Origin: Octopus bimaculoides
Lineage: Eukaryota
Length of the DNA stretch: 63,930 bases
Direction of reading: 5' to 3'
Assembly: GCF_001194135.2 (NCBI RefSeq)
Contig: NC_068986.1
Span: 89,894,497 to 89,958,426, forward strand
Shown: in pieces, positions 39,946 to 50,720 of the stretch
How the letters are laid out: every line of letters begins with the position of its first letter
How positions within the stretch are numbered: the stretch's first letter is position 1
Position numbers and translations under genes: made by a program
Notes under the pieces: generated by a model
What the model was told of the DNA's origin: nothing
The model's database searches: none
What the model saw: the letters and a program-made list of their open reading frames with translations, nothing else

Positions 39946-39989
39946 ACGCATAACGTTCAAAGAGTGTTTTTTACATTCCACCTGCACAA

Positions 39990-40600
39990 GTGCCAGTTAT
40001 GTGACACCAGCATCAACCACACTTGGCTTGTCTGGTCCTCTCAAGCACAGCATATTGCCAAAGGTCTCGGTCACTTGTTATTGCCTCGGTGAGGCCCAGT
40101 ATACTAAGATCATGCTTCACCATCTTGTCCCATGTCTTCCTAGGTTTGCCTCTTCCATAGGTTCCCTCCGCAATTAGAGATCAGCACTTCTTTACACAGC
40201 TGTCCTCATCCATATATGCGTCACGTGACCATCCCAGCACAGCCGTCACTCTTGCGCACAACATCTGATGCCTTTTATGCCCAACTTTTCTTTCAAGCTG
40301 CTTACACTGTCATTCATGCACACTGACATTGCACATCCAATGAAACATACTGGATTCATTTCTCTCAAGCCTACACATACCCTTGGTGATCACACCCCAT
40401 GTTTCACTGTCATGTAGCATGGCTGTTCATACACAGGCATAATACAATTTACCTTTCACTATGAAGGAGAGGCCCTTAGTTACCAACAGAGGTAGGTGCT
40501 CACTGAACTTTGCTCAGCCTCTTCTTATTCTCGCAGCTACACTCTCGGAGCATCCACCTCCACTACTGACTTGGTCACCAAGATAATGGAAGCTATCAAC
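39990..40600 (-). mobile_element. RTE-type LINE 3' fragment
   Basis: The minus strand encodes a degenerate ...CV.TAMLH.SETW...SMFHWMCNV...GRGKPRKTWD segment typical of the RTE RT C-terminus. Confidence 0.75.
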
Positions 40601-40751
40601 TACTTTCCAGCCATAGAAACCAATCCAAATCAGACTGGAACTTGGTGCAGCTCTCCAGCTTACCAGTTTCAGTTAAACCATCCAAACCATGCCAGCATAG
40701 AAAGCAGACACTTAATGAAGATGATGATGATGATGATAACATACACACATA

Positions 40752-41112
40752 TCATCATCATCATCGTTTAACGTCCGCTTTCCATGCTAGCATGGGTTGG
40801 ACGATTTGACTGAGGACTGGTGAAACCGGATGGCAACACCAGGCTCCAATCTAATTTAGCAGAGTTTCTACAGCTGGATGCCCTTCCTAACGCCAACCAC
40901 TCAGAAAGTGTAGTGGGTGCTTTTACGTGTCACCCGCACAAGAGCCAGTCCAGGGGCACTGGCAACGATCTCGCTCGAAAATCCTATGAAGGCCAGTCAG
41001 GCGGTACTGGCAACGGCCACGCTCAGAATGGTGCATCTCATGTGCCACCCGCACAAGAGCCAGTCCAGGGGCACTGGCAACGATCTCACTTGGCTTGCCG
41101 GGTCTTCTCACA
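40752..41112 (-). mobile_element. Family D repeat
   Basis: Reverse complement of 36590-36914. Confidence 0.78.
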
Positions 41113-41727
41113 CACAGCAAATTTCCAAACATTTATAAAACAAGAAAATGGAACAAACAGGCTTTAATCACAAATTACAATTGTTTCTGTGCAATGGTAA
41201 CAGCTGTTAGTTGCTGAGTTTTCCATCTCATACTATTACATAAATAATTACATAGATAAATATGATTCAGCAGGAGTTGTGTACTGGCACATCATCAGGT
41301 GACTGGCTTTGGTAGCAGAAGGTCAACAATTTGAGCAAGGGGCTTAGTCAATATATCAACCCACTACTTAACCAATACTTTATTTTATCAAGGACGAAAG
41401 GACGAAAGGCAAAGTTGACCTCAGCAAGATATGGACTCAGAACTTAAAGAATCATGAGATATACTATAACATGCTTTCTCAGACACTCTAATTCTTACAC
41501 TCTACACTTTACAACTTTGTTTCTAGCATTGGCACAAGGCTAGAAATTTGGAAGAGACATGAGATGATTAACCTGTTCCTAGTATTTGACTGGTACTTTA
41601 CTTTATGAATCCTAGAAAAATGAAAGGCAGAGGTGACTTCGGTGGGATTTGAATTCAGAATGCAAACAGACAGAATAACTAGTAGAATACATTTTGTCTG
41701 ATACTCTGACTCCACCAAGTCACCACC

Positions 41728-41785
<58 letters not shown>

Positions 41786-41812
41786 CAACAAAAACAATAA
41801 TAATAATAATAA
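41728..41812. repeat. (AAT)n microsatellite abutting the R4/Dong fragment
   Basis: Direct reading. Confidence 0.92.
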
Positions 41813-42390
41813 TGATAAAAACGGAACTAGATGTGGATACAACTGTTATGGCAAAACAACCAGCCACCTCGTATACATGGATGATCTAAAACTGTACGCT
41901 ACAAATGATAAACAGCTGGAAATATTACTACACACAGTACATGGATTTACCAAAGAAATAAACATGAAATTTGACTTAGAAAAATGTGCCAAAGCAACTA
42001 TGCAAAGAGGAAGATTAGTTAAGATTAGATAAAGCAAATGAAATAAGAGAATTAGACCAAAGCCAGACATACAAATACTTAGGAATCAATGAACTAGATA
42101 CAGTACAACACACAAATGAAAGAGAAGATAAGAAAAGAATATTATAGATGAGTTAGATTAATACTGAAAACAGAGCTCAATGCGAAAAACAAGATAATAG
42201 GTATCAACACTCTAGCCATCCCAGTTATAAGTTACAGCTACAATATTCTTAACCGGACTCTAAATGAACTAATCAAAATAGACAAGAAAACAAGAAAAAT
42301 AATAGGAAAAATCCTGACATAGAAAGGTTATATATACAACATACTGAAGGTGGTAGAGGCCTTATACAGCTAGAAAACTATTACAAAACT
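41813..42390 (+). mobile_element. R4/Dong-like RT fragment, same family as 53733-55830
   Basis: HLVYMDDLKLYATNDKQL...FDLEKCAK. Nucleotide similarity to the reverse complement of about 55340-54800. Confidence 0.85.
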
Positions 42391-43153
42391 AACAGAGATA
42401 CTCAGCATTGCTCAGGGTTAAAATGGTATAGTTTGTATATATATTACAATTATGTTGAAACAGGTGATACAGGAAAGTGCAGCATTGACAACAAAACATT
42501 TGTGAATGATGATTATTTCAAATTTTGGCACAAGGCCAGAAATTTCAGAGGAGTGAGGAATTACATCAACCCCAGTACTCAACTGGTAACTCTGAAAAGA
42601 TGAAACACAAAGATGACCTTGGCAGAATTTGAACTCAGAACATGAAGACAAACAAAAAGCAGCTAAGCATTTTGCCTAGCATTCTAATGATTCTGCCAGT
42701 TCACCACCATGATGATGATGATTGTTTCAAACATAAGCACCAATTTGAAGAAGAGAAATATTTCACTGATACTTATGAAGAGCAAAGATGAATTCAGTGT
42801 GATTTGAACTCAGAAAGTGAAAAACCAGAACAAAAATCACAAAGCATTTTGTCCAACACTAACAACTCTGCTAATCAAACATCTTCTAATAATTCTTTCT
42901 AATTTTGGCACAAGGTCAAATAATTTTGATGGGAGGCGGCAAGTCAATCACACCAACCTCAGTACTTGACTGGTACTTTATTTCACCAAGACCCAAAGGA
43001 TGACAGGCAAAGTCAACCTAAGTGGTATTTAAACTGAGAATGTAAAGCCAGAAATGTTGCTGACTAACCATTGTTTCTAACATGATAGCAATTCTATCAG
43101 CTCACCTTCTTAATTAACCACCCTAATAAGAAGTAATTTCAAGTATTGCTCAC

Positions 43154-43710
43154 CTGCTCACAGGAATGCTCCAAAACAGAATGGCAACTGGCAGCAGTAG
43201 AGGTGAGGAATGGATCTCTGATATCTCTTCTGGGCTTCAGATTCTCGTTCATGACTTGCTGAGCATCAAGGAAAGACAAATCTAGCTTACTACTTAGAGT
43301 TGGGTCCACATCACTTTGTGGGTCAACACTTTCAGCTTGTAGGTGTAAAGTATTATGACGAATGGAATTCTCATGGACTGCACTGTCGCCTTGGTTACCA
43401 TTTAGTACAACAGAATGTGTGTTAATGCTTGAAGAGTCAGGATTGGTACCGGTGATAGACATTGGTGAGGAATTAACTACTGGAGCTACCGTCAGTGTTG
43501 CTGTAGCCAATGAAAGAGATGTCGATGAGATTTCTGAAACATCAGTGTCTGTCTGAGAAGGCTTTGATGCCTGGTCTCTGAGAGCATCTAAAGCAGCAGA
43601 GTGCATTTCAGCCAGCACTGGACAATTCTGCTGCTTGTGTTCAATAAACAACTCAACATTGTGGAACTGCATCTTACAAGCACCACATATATGAATATCC
43701 AAAAAGGAAC
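43154..43710 (-). CDS. ZFP64: ZFP64-like exon 2: N-terminal atypical finger DIHICGACKMQFHNVELFIEHKQQNC plus Ser/Thr-rich region
   Basis: Acceptor tgtgtttcag, donor CAG|GTGAGC. The motif matches the recalled ZFP64 N-terminus DIHICGICKQQFNNLDAFVAHKQSGC. Lies within ORF 43139-43744. Confidence 0.9.
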
Positions 43711-45738
43711 CTGAAACACACAAGAAAAGAGAATTACTATTCATATACAGGTGCAGATATGGGTGTATAATCGAGAAGCTTACTTCCTAACAACATGGTT
43801 TTGGGTTCAGTCCCACATCATGGCGCCTTAGGCAAGTGTCTTCTACTTTAGCCCCATGCTGACCAAAGTTTTGTGAGTGGATTAGGAGGATGGAAGCTGA
43901 AAGAAGCCTACCAGGTGGTGCATGTGTGCATGCATGAATGTTTGTGTCTCCTTGTCTTGAAATTGCATGACAGTGGTAAATGAATGTTGATGTCATACAA
44001 ACAGTGTCATTCCTTTCCAATATTGTGAGTGAATATGTCAGGCTATGGAGAAATACTACCATGCTTGGAAACAGATGGGGGCTGATGACAAGAAGGGCAT
44101 CTGGCGATAGAAAATTTGTCTCAAATAAACTCCATCCAACCCATGCATACATGCAAAAGTGGATGTAAAAACGATGGTGGGGAGGGGCACGCATATTCAT
44201 GCACACAGACACATCATCACCAATGTTTTAGTGTCTACTTTTCCATACTTGCATGAGTCAAAAAAGACTACATTGGAGCAAAGTAGAGGCTTTTTTCTAT
44301 GGTTAGATGCCTTTGCAGATGCCAAATCTCATTTCTTTCCAAGCAATATAATAATCCCCAAGACTCATATTATGTAGAAAACTGGAAACAAATGACACCG
44401 TTTGAATAATCCTTTTGTTTACAACGAGTGAACACATGTGAAGATGTGAGGAAATACAAACTCACACAAACATATACATATATACATGTGTGTGTGTTAT
44501 CATCCCCATCATCATCATCATTTAAAGTCAATGTTCCATGTGAGCATAGGCAGCACAGTTTGACAGGATTCAATGGAGTCAAAGGCTGCATCATGCTCCA
44601 GTGTCTGCTTCTGCATGGTTTCTATTACCGGATGCCCTTCCTAATGGCAATCATCTTTACAGAATGAACTGAGTGCTTTTTTCATGCCACCAGTACAAGT
44701 GGGGCCATCATGCAATTGATGAGTTTATGCAAGAAGATGAGGAGCAAAAGATGGATAAGCATAAGAGAGAAGGGACCAAGGTAGAACTAGTTTCTTGCCG
44801 TAGAGGAGCTACATGAATATCCACATTTCAGAAATCAAATGGAGCTAGAGAGTGGTTGGATGGGAGTAGAAGATGACTGACAGTGCTGAACAGCAGAATG
44901 GTAATGTTGAAATAGTAGACAGGAGAAGGATGAAAGTAAGATGATGTTGGGTAGGTTGCATGAGTGGGTGGGAAAGAGAGGCATGAGGAAGGTGAGAGAT
45001 ATATGATAGTAGGGGGAAATAGTTGTTGACTCAGTAGGCGGGGGGGTTAATGAAAGTTTAGGTGGAGAGAACAGCATTAATGGATGAAGGGTGGATAACA
45101 AGTCAAATGGTTCTGGGTAGTCAGTAATGTAAGCAGTATCAAAAAAGGTGACAAAATATCTTGAGGAGAAAGGAAATTGGGAAAAGGGACCAGTTGTGCC
45201 TTCCTGAGTCTCCTTCTTCTGCAAGGTCCTTCCAAATGAAAGGATCAGCTCCTCATTATAAAGTTATCCTAATCTATATGCATCCCATATCCATACTAAC
45301 ATACATTTATTTCTTACATACTAGATCTGATTCTTCTTATACCTAGAACTTTTTCTGTCCTCTCAGTACATTTGTACTATGTCTTTCTTGCACAAGGAGG
45401 AGGAGGAGACATGAGATACAGCATGGTGTATCTGCCCCTGTACATGATGTAACTCAGTATAAGAGACACCCCTATTTTACAACAATATTGTGGTTTAAAA
45501 AAAAAAAGACATATTTCACCATACATTTAGTGAAAATGATTTGAAAATCGTTTTGAAAGGAAAATATACTTTTGTGTAGGTTAATACAATANNNNNNNNN
45601 NNNNNNNNNNNNNNNNNNNNNNNNNNNNNNNNNNNNNNNNNNNNNNNNNNNNNNNNNNNNNNNNNNNNNNNNNNNNNNNNNNNNNNNNNNNNNNNNNNNN
45701 NNNNNNNNNNNNNNNNNNNNNNNNNNNNNNNNNNNNNA

Positions 45739-46120
45739 CCAACCACATGGTTCCAGGTTCATTCCCACTGCGTGGCACCTTGAGCAAGTGTCTTCTACTA
45801 TAGCCTCAGGCCGACCAAAGCCTTGTGAGTGGATTTGGTAGACGGAAACTGAAAGAAACCTGTCGTATATATGTATATATAAATATATATATATATATGT
45901 ATGTGTGTGTGTATATGTTTGTGTGTCTGTGTTTGTCACCCCAACATCGCTTGACAACCGATGGTGGTGTGTTTACGTCCCTGTAACTTAGCAGTTCGGC
46001 AAAAGAGACCAATAGAATAAGTACTAGGCTTACAAAGAATAAGTCCTGGGGTCGATTTACTCGACTAAAGGCGGTGCCCCAGCATGACCGCAGTCAAATG
46101 ACTGAAACAGGTAAAAGAGT
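45739..46120 (+). mobile_element. Family C SINE (head in gap)
   Basis: Reverse complement of 22415-22858. Confidence 0.8.
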
Positions 46121-46429
46121 ATTATTATGATGACCTGAGAATGAGAATATTTCTAAAATTTAAAATAGATAAAAATAACTACAGTACATTGTTATTATTC
46201 ATCTGTACTATCAGGAATATTACAAATGCCATGGTCTTTTTTTTAATGATTTCACAACTATCACTACACAATTACAGTATTCCATGTACTTTTTTACCAG
46301 CTCTCTCCCCTCGTATGATAATAGGTCTCTTCAATCTATCAACATCACTTCAGAATCTGAAATCTGCATTGTCTCATTCCATTCCTCTCTGGAGAATACT
46401 GGTACATGGAAACACAGGAAATACACCAG

Positions 46430-46500
46430 TGAGTTGTTGGCACTCCGTCGCTTACGACGTCGAGGGTTCCAGTTGATCTGATCAACGAAACAACCTGCTC
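46430..46500 (-). mobile_element. Family A SINE, short 3' fragment
   Basis: GTTGGCACTCCGTCGCTTACGACGTCGAGGGTTCCAGTTGATC. Confidence 0.7.
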
Positions 46501-47233
46501 CTTGAGGCACGGACAATTTAACTCTTAGGCAAAGAAACTGGTACATGTGATATCAGGGCATGTCCACACACCAGTGGCCTTGAAGGACAATGTCAGCCTT
46601 CCTTCAAGTCCTGTATACCTTAGCCATAGAACCATTTTCTGCTATTTAGTTCACGAGTGGGACCTTTGACAAGTACTATGATACCAGGCTACAGCAGTGC
46701 TAGGAATAGTGATTATTAAGGAGTAACTCCATACAACCTAAAAATCCTGAACACTTCAGCTAGAGCCTCACCACCAGATGCAGTTTTATGTGTTGCCCAG
46801 GACAAATTACCTAATCTTTCTCTGTAAAACCTAGAGAATCATCATCATCCAAACTTGATAAACAAACATCACAAAAGTCTGAACATTTCATTCTTACAAT
46901 GACATCTGTATATTACTATATTACTCTCTTTCATATTCATCATTGCTTTTATGTTCACATTTTTCATGTTGGCATGTTTTTCAAGTAAGATTGTTTCTTC
47001 TTTTTTTCTTGTTTTAATTCCACATGTCTTCACACATCAAAAACTGCCAAACTATGAGATATGCTGTTTACAGGGGACATAAACATAATAGCTTGTTGAA
47101 CTATGAAAAAGAAGTAAATATTTTTTTTCCATGCTTGCAAACTCTGACAGATCAGCATGCAGTATTACTTAACTATGCTGTTATCTAACATCCAGTTTTA
47201 ATACCCAGCATGAAACCAATTTAAAGATCAGTC

Positions 47234-47610
47234 ATAATCATCATCATCATCATCATCGTTTAACGTCCGCTTTCCATGCTAGCATGGGTTGGACGATTTG
47301 ACTGAGGACTGGTGAACCAGATGGCTACACAAGGCTCCAATCTGATTTGGCAGAGTTTCTACAGCTGGATGCCCTTCCTAACGCCAACCACTCTAAGAGT
47401 GTAGTGAGTGCTTTTACATGTCACCGGCACGAAGGCCAGTCAGGCGGTACTTGCAACGGCCACGCTCAAAATGGTGTATTTTACGTGCCACATGCACAGG
47501 AGCCAGTCCAGTGGCACTGGCAACGATCTCACTTGAATGTCTTTACACGTGCCACCGGCACAAGTGCCAGGAATGCGACGCTGGGCACAGGTGCCGTCAC
47601 GATTTCGCTT
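47234..47610 (-). mobile_element. Family D repeat
   Basis: Same as 40752-41112. Confidence 0.78.
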
Positions 47611-47780
47611 TCATAATGGATCTATAATACTATATACTTTGATTAATACACCCACTCTAGTGACAAACATACAAGCGCATATTTTTTCTGACTTATGGAT
47701 TCTTAGACATGTCAGTGTGTGTGTACAAAGGTATAATTATATATACACACACACACACACATACATACAGTAACATACTT

Positions 47781-49220
47781 ACACAAGTGCCCCCCCCAAC
47801 ACTCAATTTTGTTCCCTTATAACTTTCAGGAAAAATGTCTTTTTACTGAAACTTTCTACAAAATACCTACCAGATTGTGTAGATTACGATTATATCGGTA
47901 TTTAATGTGGAAAAAAGATTGATGAGTGTGCACACATCATATATATATATATATATATATATNNNNNNNNNNNNNNNNNNNNNNNNNNNNNNNNNNNNNN
48001 NNNNNNNNNNNNNNNNNNNNNNNNNNNNNNNNNNNNNNNNNNNNNNNNNNNNNNNNNNNNNNNNNNNNNNNNNNNNNNNNNNNNNNNNNNNNNNNNNNNN
48101 NNNNNNNNNNNNNNNNNNNNNNNNNNNNNNNNNNNNNNNNNNNNNNNNNNNNNNNNNNNNNNNNNNNNNNNNNNNNNNNNNNNNNNNNNNNNNNNNNNNN
48201 NNNNNNNNNNNNNNNNNNNNNNNNNNNNNNNNNNNNNNNNNNNNNNNNNNNNNNNNNNNNNNNNNNNNNNNNNNNNNNNNNNNNNNNNNNNNNNNNNNNN
48301 NNNNNNNNNNNNNNNNNNNNNNNNNNNNNNNNNNNNNNNNNNNNNNNNNNNNNNNNNNNNNNNNNNNNNNNNNNNNNNNNNNNNNNNNNNNNNNNNNNNN
48401 NNNNNNNNNNNNNNNNNNNNNNNNNNNNNNNNNNNNNNNNNNNNNNNNNNNNNNNNNNNNNNNNNNNNNNNNNNNNNNNNNNNNNNNNNNNNNNNNNNNN
48501 NNNNNNNNNNNNNNNNNNNNNNNNNNNNNNNNNNNNNNNNNNNNNNNNNNNNNNNNNNNNNNNNNNNNNNTTGCTTTTCATCCTTTCGGGGTCGATAAAT
48601 TAAGTACCAGTTACGTACTGGGTCGATATAATCGACTTAATCCGTTTGTTTGTCCCCTCTGTGTGTAGCCCCTTGTGGGCAGTAAAGAAATAGGTATTTC
48701 GTCTCAGTTCAAATTCCACCGAGGTCGATTTTGCCTTTCATCCTTTCGGGGTCGATTAAATAAGTACCAGTTACGCACTGCGGTCGATGTAATCGACTTA
48801 ATCCGTTTGTCTGTCCTTGTTTGTCCCTTCTGTGTGTAGCCCCTTGTGGGTAGTAAAGAAATAACACATCATATTAATACACATCACAATTGTTTTCAAA
48901 GTTTCAATTTGTAGATATATGTAATGTGTGTCAGTATACTTGTGTGCGCACCATGAACTTTATTTTTCAGATCTAAAAGTTATTTGTAGAAAATTCGATA
49001 AGAAAATAACTATTTTTCTGAAAATTATAAGGAAATATAGCCGACTCGTGTGGATTTTGCGAAACTCTCCCCACACTCAGAAAATCCTTTTTCACAACAA
49101 ATTCCGACATAATCGGAATCTACACCATCTAAAATGTATTTGTAGAAAAATTCGTTAAAAAATGTCCGTTTTTGTGAAAGTTATAAAGAAATCAAGTCGG
49201 GGGGGGGGGCACATTTGTGT
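47781..49220. repeat. 156-bp unit: two tandem copies (about 48910-49220) and one inverted copy (47781-47935)
   Basis: ATCTAAAA..TATTTGTAGAAAA occurs at 48971 and 49127. The reverse complement of 49065-49220 aligns to 47781-47935. Confidence 0.7.
48571..48863 (+). mobile_element. Two tandem 3' portions of family B SINE
   Basis: TTGCCTTTCATCCTTTCGGGGTCGA...GTAAAGAAATA occurs twice head-to-tail, next to a gap. Confidence 0.75.
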
Positions 49221-49910
49221 AGATATGCCATATATATATAGTTATAGTTTAGTGAGGGGAGAAATGATAACCCTCATGAAATTTTTAAAGAGCTTTCGAA
49301 AGTGGAGTAGGCAGAGGAAATTACCCCAGAAAGGAAACAATGTTAGAATGCTCAACAATAGAGTGAACTCCATTAAAGGGACGGAAGGACCATGTCGTGA
49401 TGTAACCGTATCTTCTGATTATATCTACCCACAAAAGAAGAGATTTGGTCCGTCCCACGGGTATTTGGACAGGTTGCTGTCAACCCAGTCCGAGCCGATC
49501 ACAGAAGACACAGCGGACTTTCAGAATAGCTATCTCTACCTCACGGGGGAATAAAAGGACATAGGGCGTGGTGGGAATGTTTTCATAATAGTAACTTTTG
49601 TTGAAAGACATACAGGATTACCAAAAAAAATTTAAGGTAGGAAAAATACACATTTTCCTTTCCCATGAGGTATAGAGCTTCGTGTTCCAAAACTCCGCAG
49701 AAAACATTTTCCCCAAAGCTCGGGGTTTAATTAAGAAACAAACTTGTTAACCGCGATCAAATACAGCTGAATGCCACTATATACCCTTGCACATAATTAC
49801 TACCAACTTTATTAATATCTATAGCAGTGAAATGCCATGTCATTTGAACAGTAAACTATCGAAACAACAATGATACTACGATCCGTTTCCAAGTTCTTCT
49901 CATCTGAACA

Positions 49911-49980
49911 AAATCCCAGAGTTAACAAAAGGGAACATCACTAATTGTAGTGATGTTCCCTTTTGTTAACTCTGGGATTT
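49911..49980. repeat. Perfect 33-bp inverted repeat with a 4-nt loop
   Basis: AAATCCCAGAGTTAACAAAAGGGAACATCACTA-ATTG-TAGTGATGTTCCCTTTTGTTAACTCTGGGATTT. Confidence 0.95.
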
Positions 49981-50562
49981 CCAAGTTGTGGTAGTGGTGA
50001 AATATCCCACTGGTATTTCGTTACAGCGGCTAATATTAATTGTAATAGATATAATTATAGGGTAAACAGAATGAGAGAGAGAGAGGTGGGAGCAAGAAAA
50101 AGAAAGAAATACTGAGATTCTCAACATGAGTGAGGGCTATAAATAGAGAGAGTTAAGTGAAGAACGGGAAATTGTAAGGGAGGAACGGAAAAGAAGAGAT
50201 AGAAGGAAAAATGAGAGTTGAAGTATAAGAAAAGAGAAAGACAAAAGGATGATCGTGGTTGAAAGTAAAATATAATTATCGAAAATTAGAACGTGAAACA
50301 AGATATTAAGAGCAAGAGTAATAATAAGACTAAGAGTAAGACTATTAAATGTAAAACCAATAATAATAGTATCAGTAGCAGCAGCAGTAAGATGAATCTT
50401 TAGCAGTAATGTACTTCCGGTCATTAATATAACGACACCGGGCCGCCGAGTGCAGGCCCGGTTCGGTGCCCGAAACCAGCAGATTGAGACGAACACATAC
50501 TTTATAGTAGGAGTTCTGTTGCGTTAACAGTGTTTAAAGTAGCGAAAGTTTCTTCAACTTAC

Positions 50563-50602
50563 ACTGCACAGACATATTGTTGTTCCTTTCTGGTTTAATC
50601 AT
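50563..50602 (-). CDS. ZFP64: ZFP64-like zinc-finger protein, coding exon 1 (MIKPERNNNMSVQ + 1 nt)
   Basis: ATG at 50602 is followed by 13 codons + 1 nt and a canonical GTAAGT donor (50562-50557). The phase 1 junction matches the exon 2 acceptor. The SVQ end resembles the end of vertebrate ZFP64 exon 1 (recalled as ...AGSVQ). A second in-frame ATG (MSVQ) could be the true start. Confidence 0.72.
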
Positions 50603-50636
50603 GTTGCTAGAATATCAAATGTCTTTAGAATCCAGG

Positions 50637-50666
50637 TTACACATTGAAATCTCCAGCTTCCGCCAT
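50637..50666 (-). promoter_or_regulatory. Closed upstream ORF (MAEAGDFNV*) in the ZFP64 5' leader
   Basis: ATAATGGCGG start, 9 codons, then TAA. It is out of frame with the main ATG and ends 34 nt before it. Confidence 0.6.
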
Positions 50667-50720
50667 TATGGATAGCTAAGAACTAGTGGCAGTCAGTCAC
50701 GTGATCATCTACTTCCGGGT
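50660..50720 (-). promoter_or_regulatory. ZFP64 core/proximal promoter: ETS (CCGGAAGT 50711-50718), E-box TCACGTGA (50697-50704), YY1-like ATGGCGG
   Basis: Consensus motifs cluster within 60 bp immediately upstream of exon 1, in a CpG-containing patch. Confidence 0.65.

Noticed and set aside
49162-49554. 130-aa ORF in ZFP64 intron 1
   Set aside because: It starts inside the 156-bp repeat, crosses homopolymer and (TA) tracts, and has no recognisable domain.
50429-50495. Superficial resemblance to U12 snRNA (AUAACGA...CCCGAA...UGAGACGAA)
   Set aside because: It lacks the conserved U12 5' end, branch-point recognition sequence and Sm site.
50637-50666. ATGGCGGAAG... as ZFP64 coding exon 1
   Set aside because: Its possible donors are phase 0 or 2, while exon 2 needs phase 1. 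The downstream ATG with a GTAAGT donor fits.
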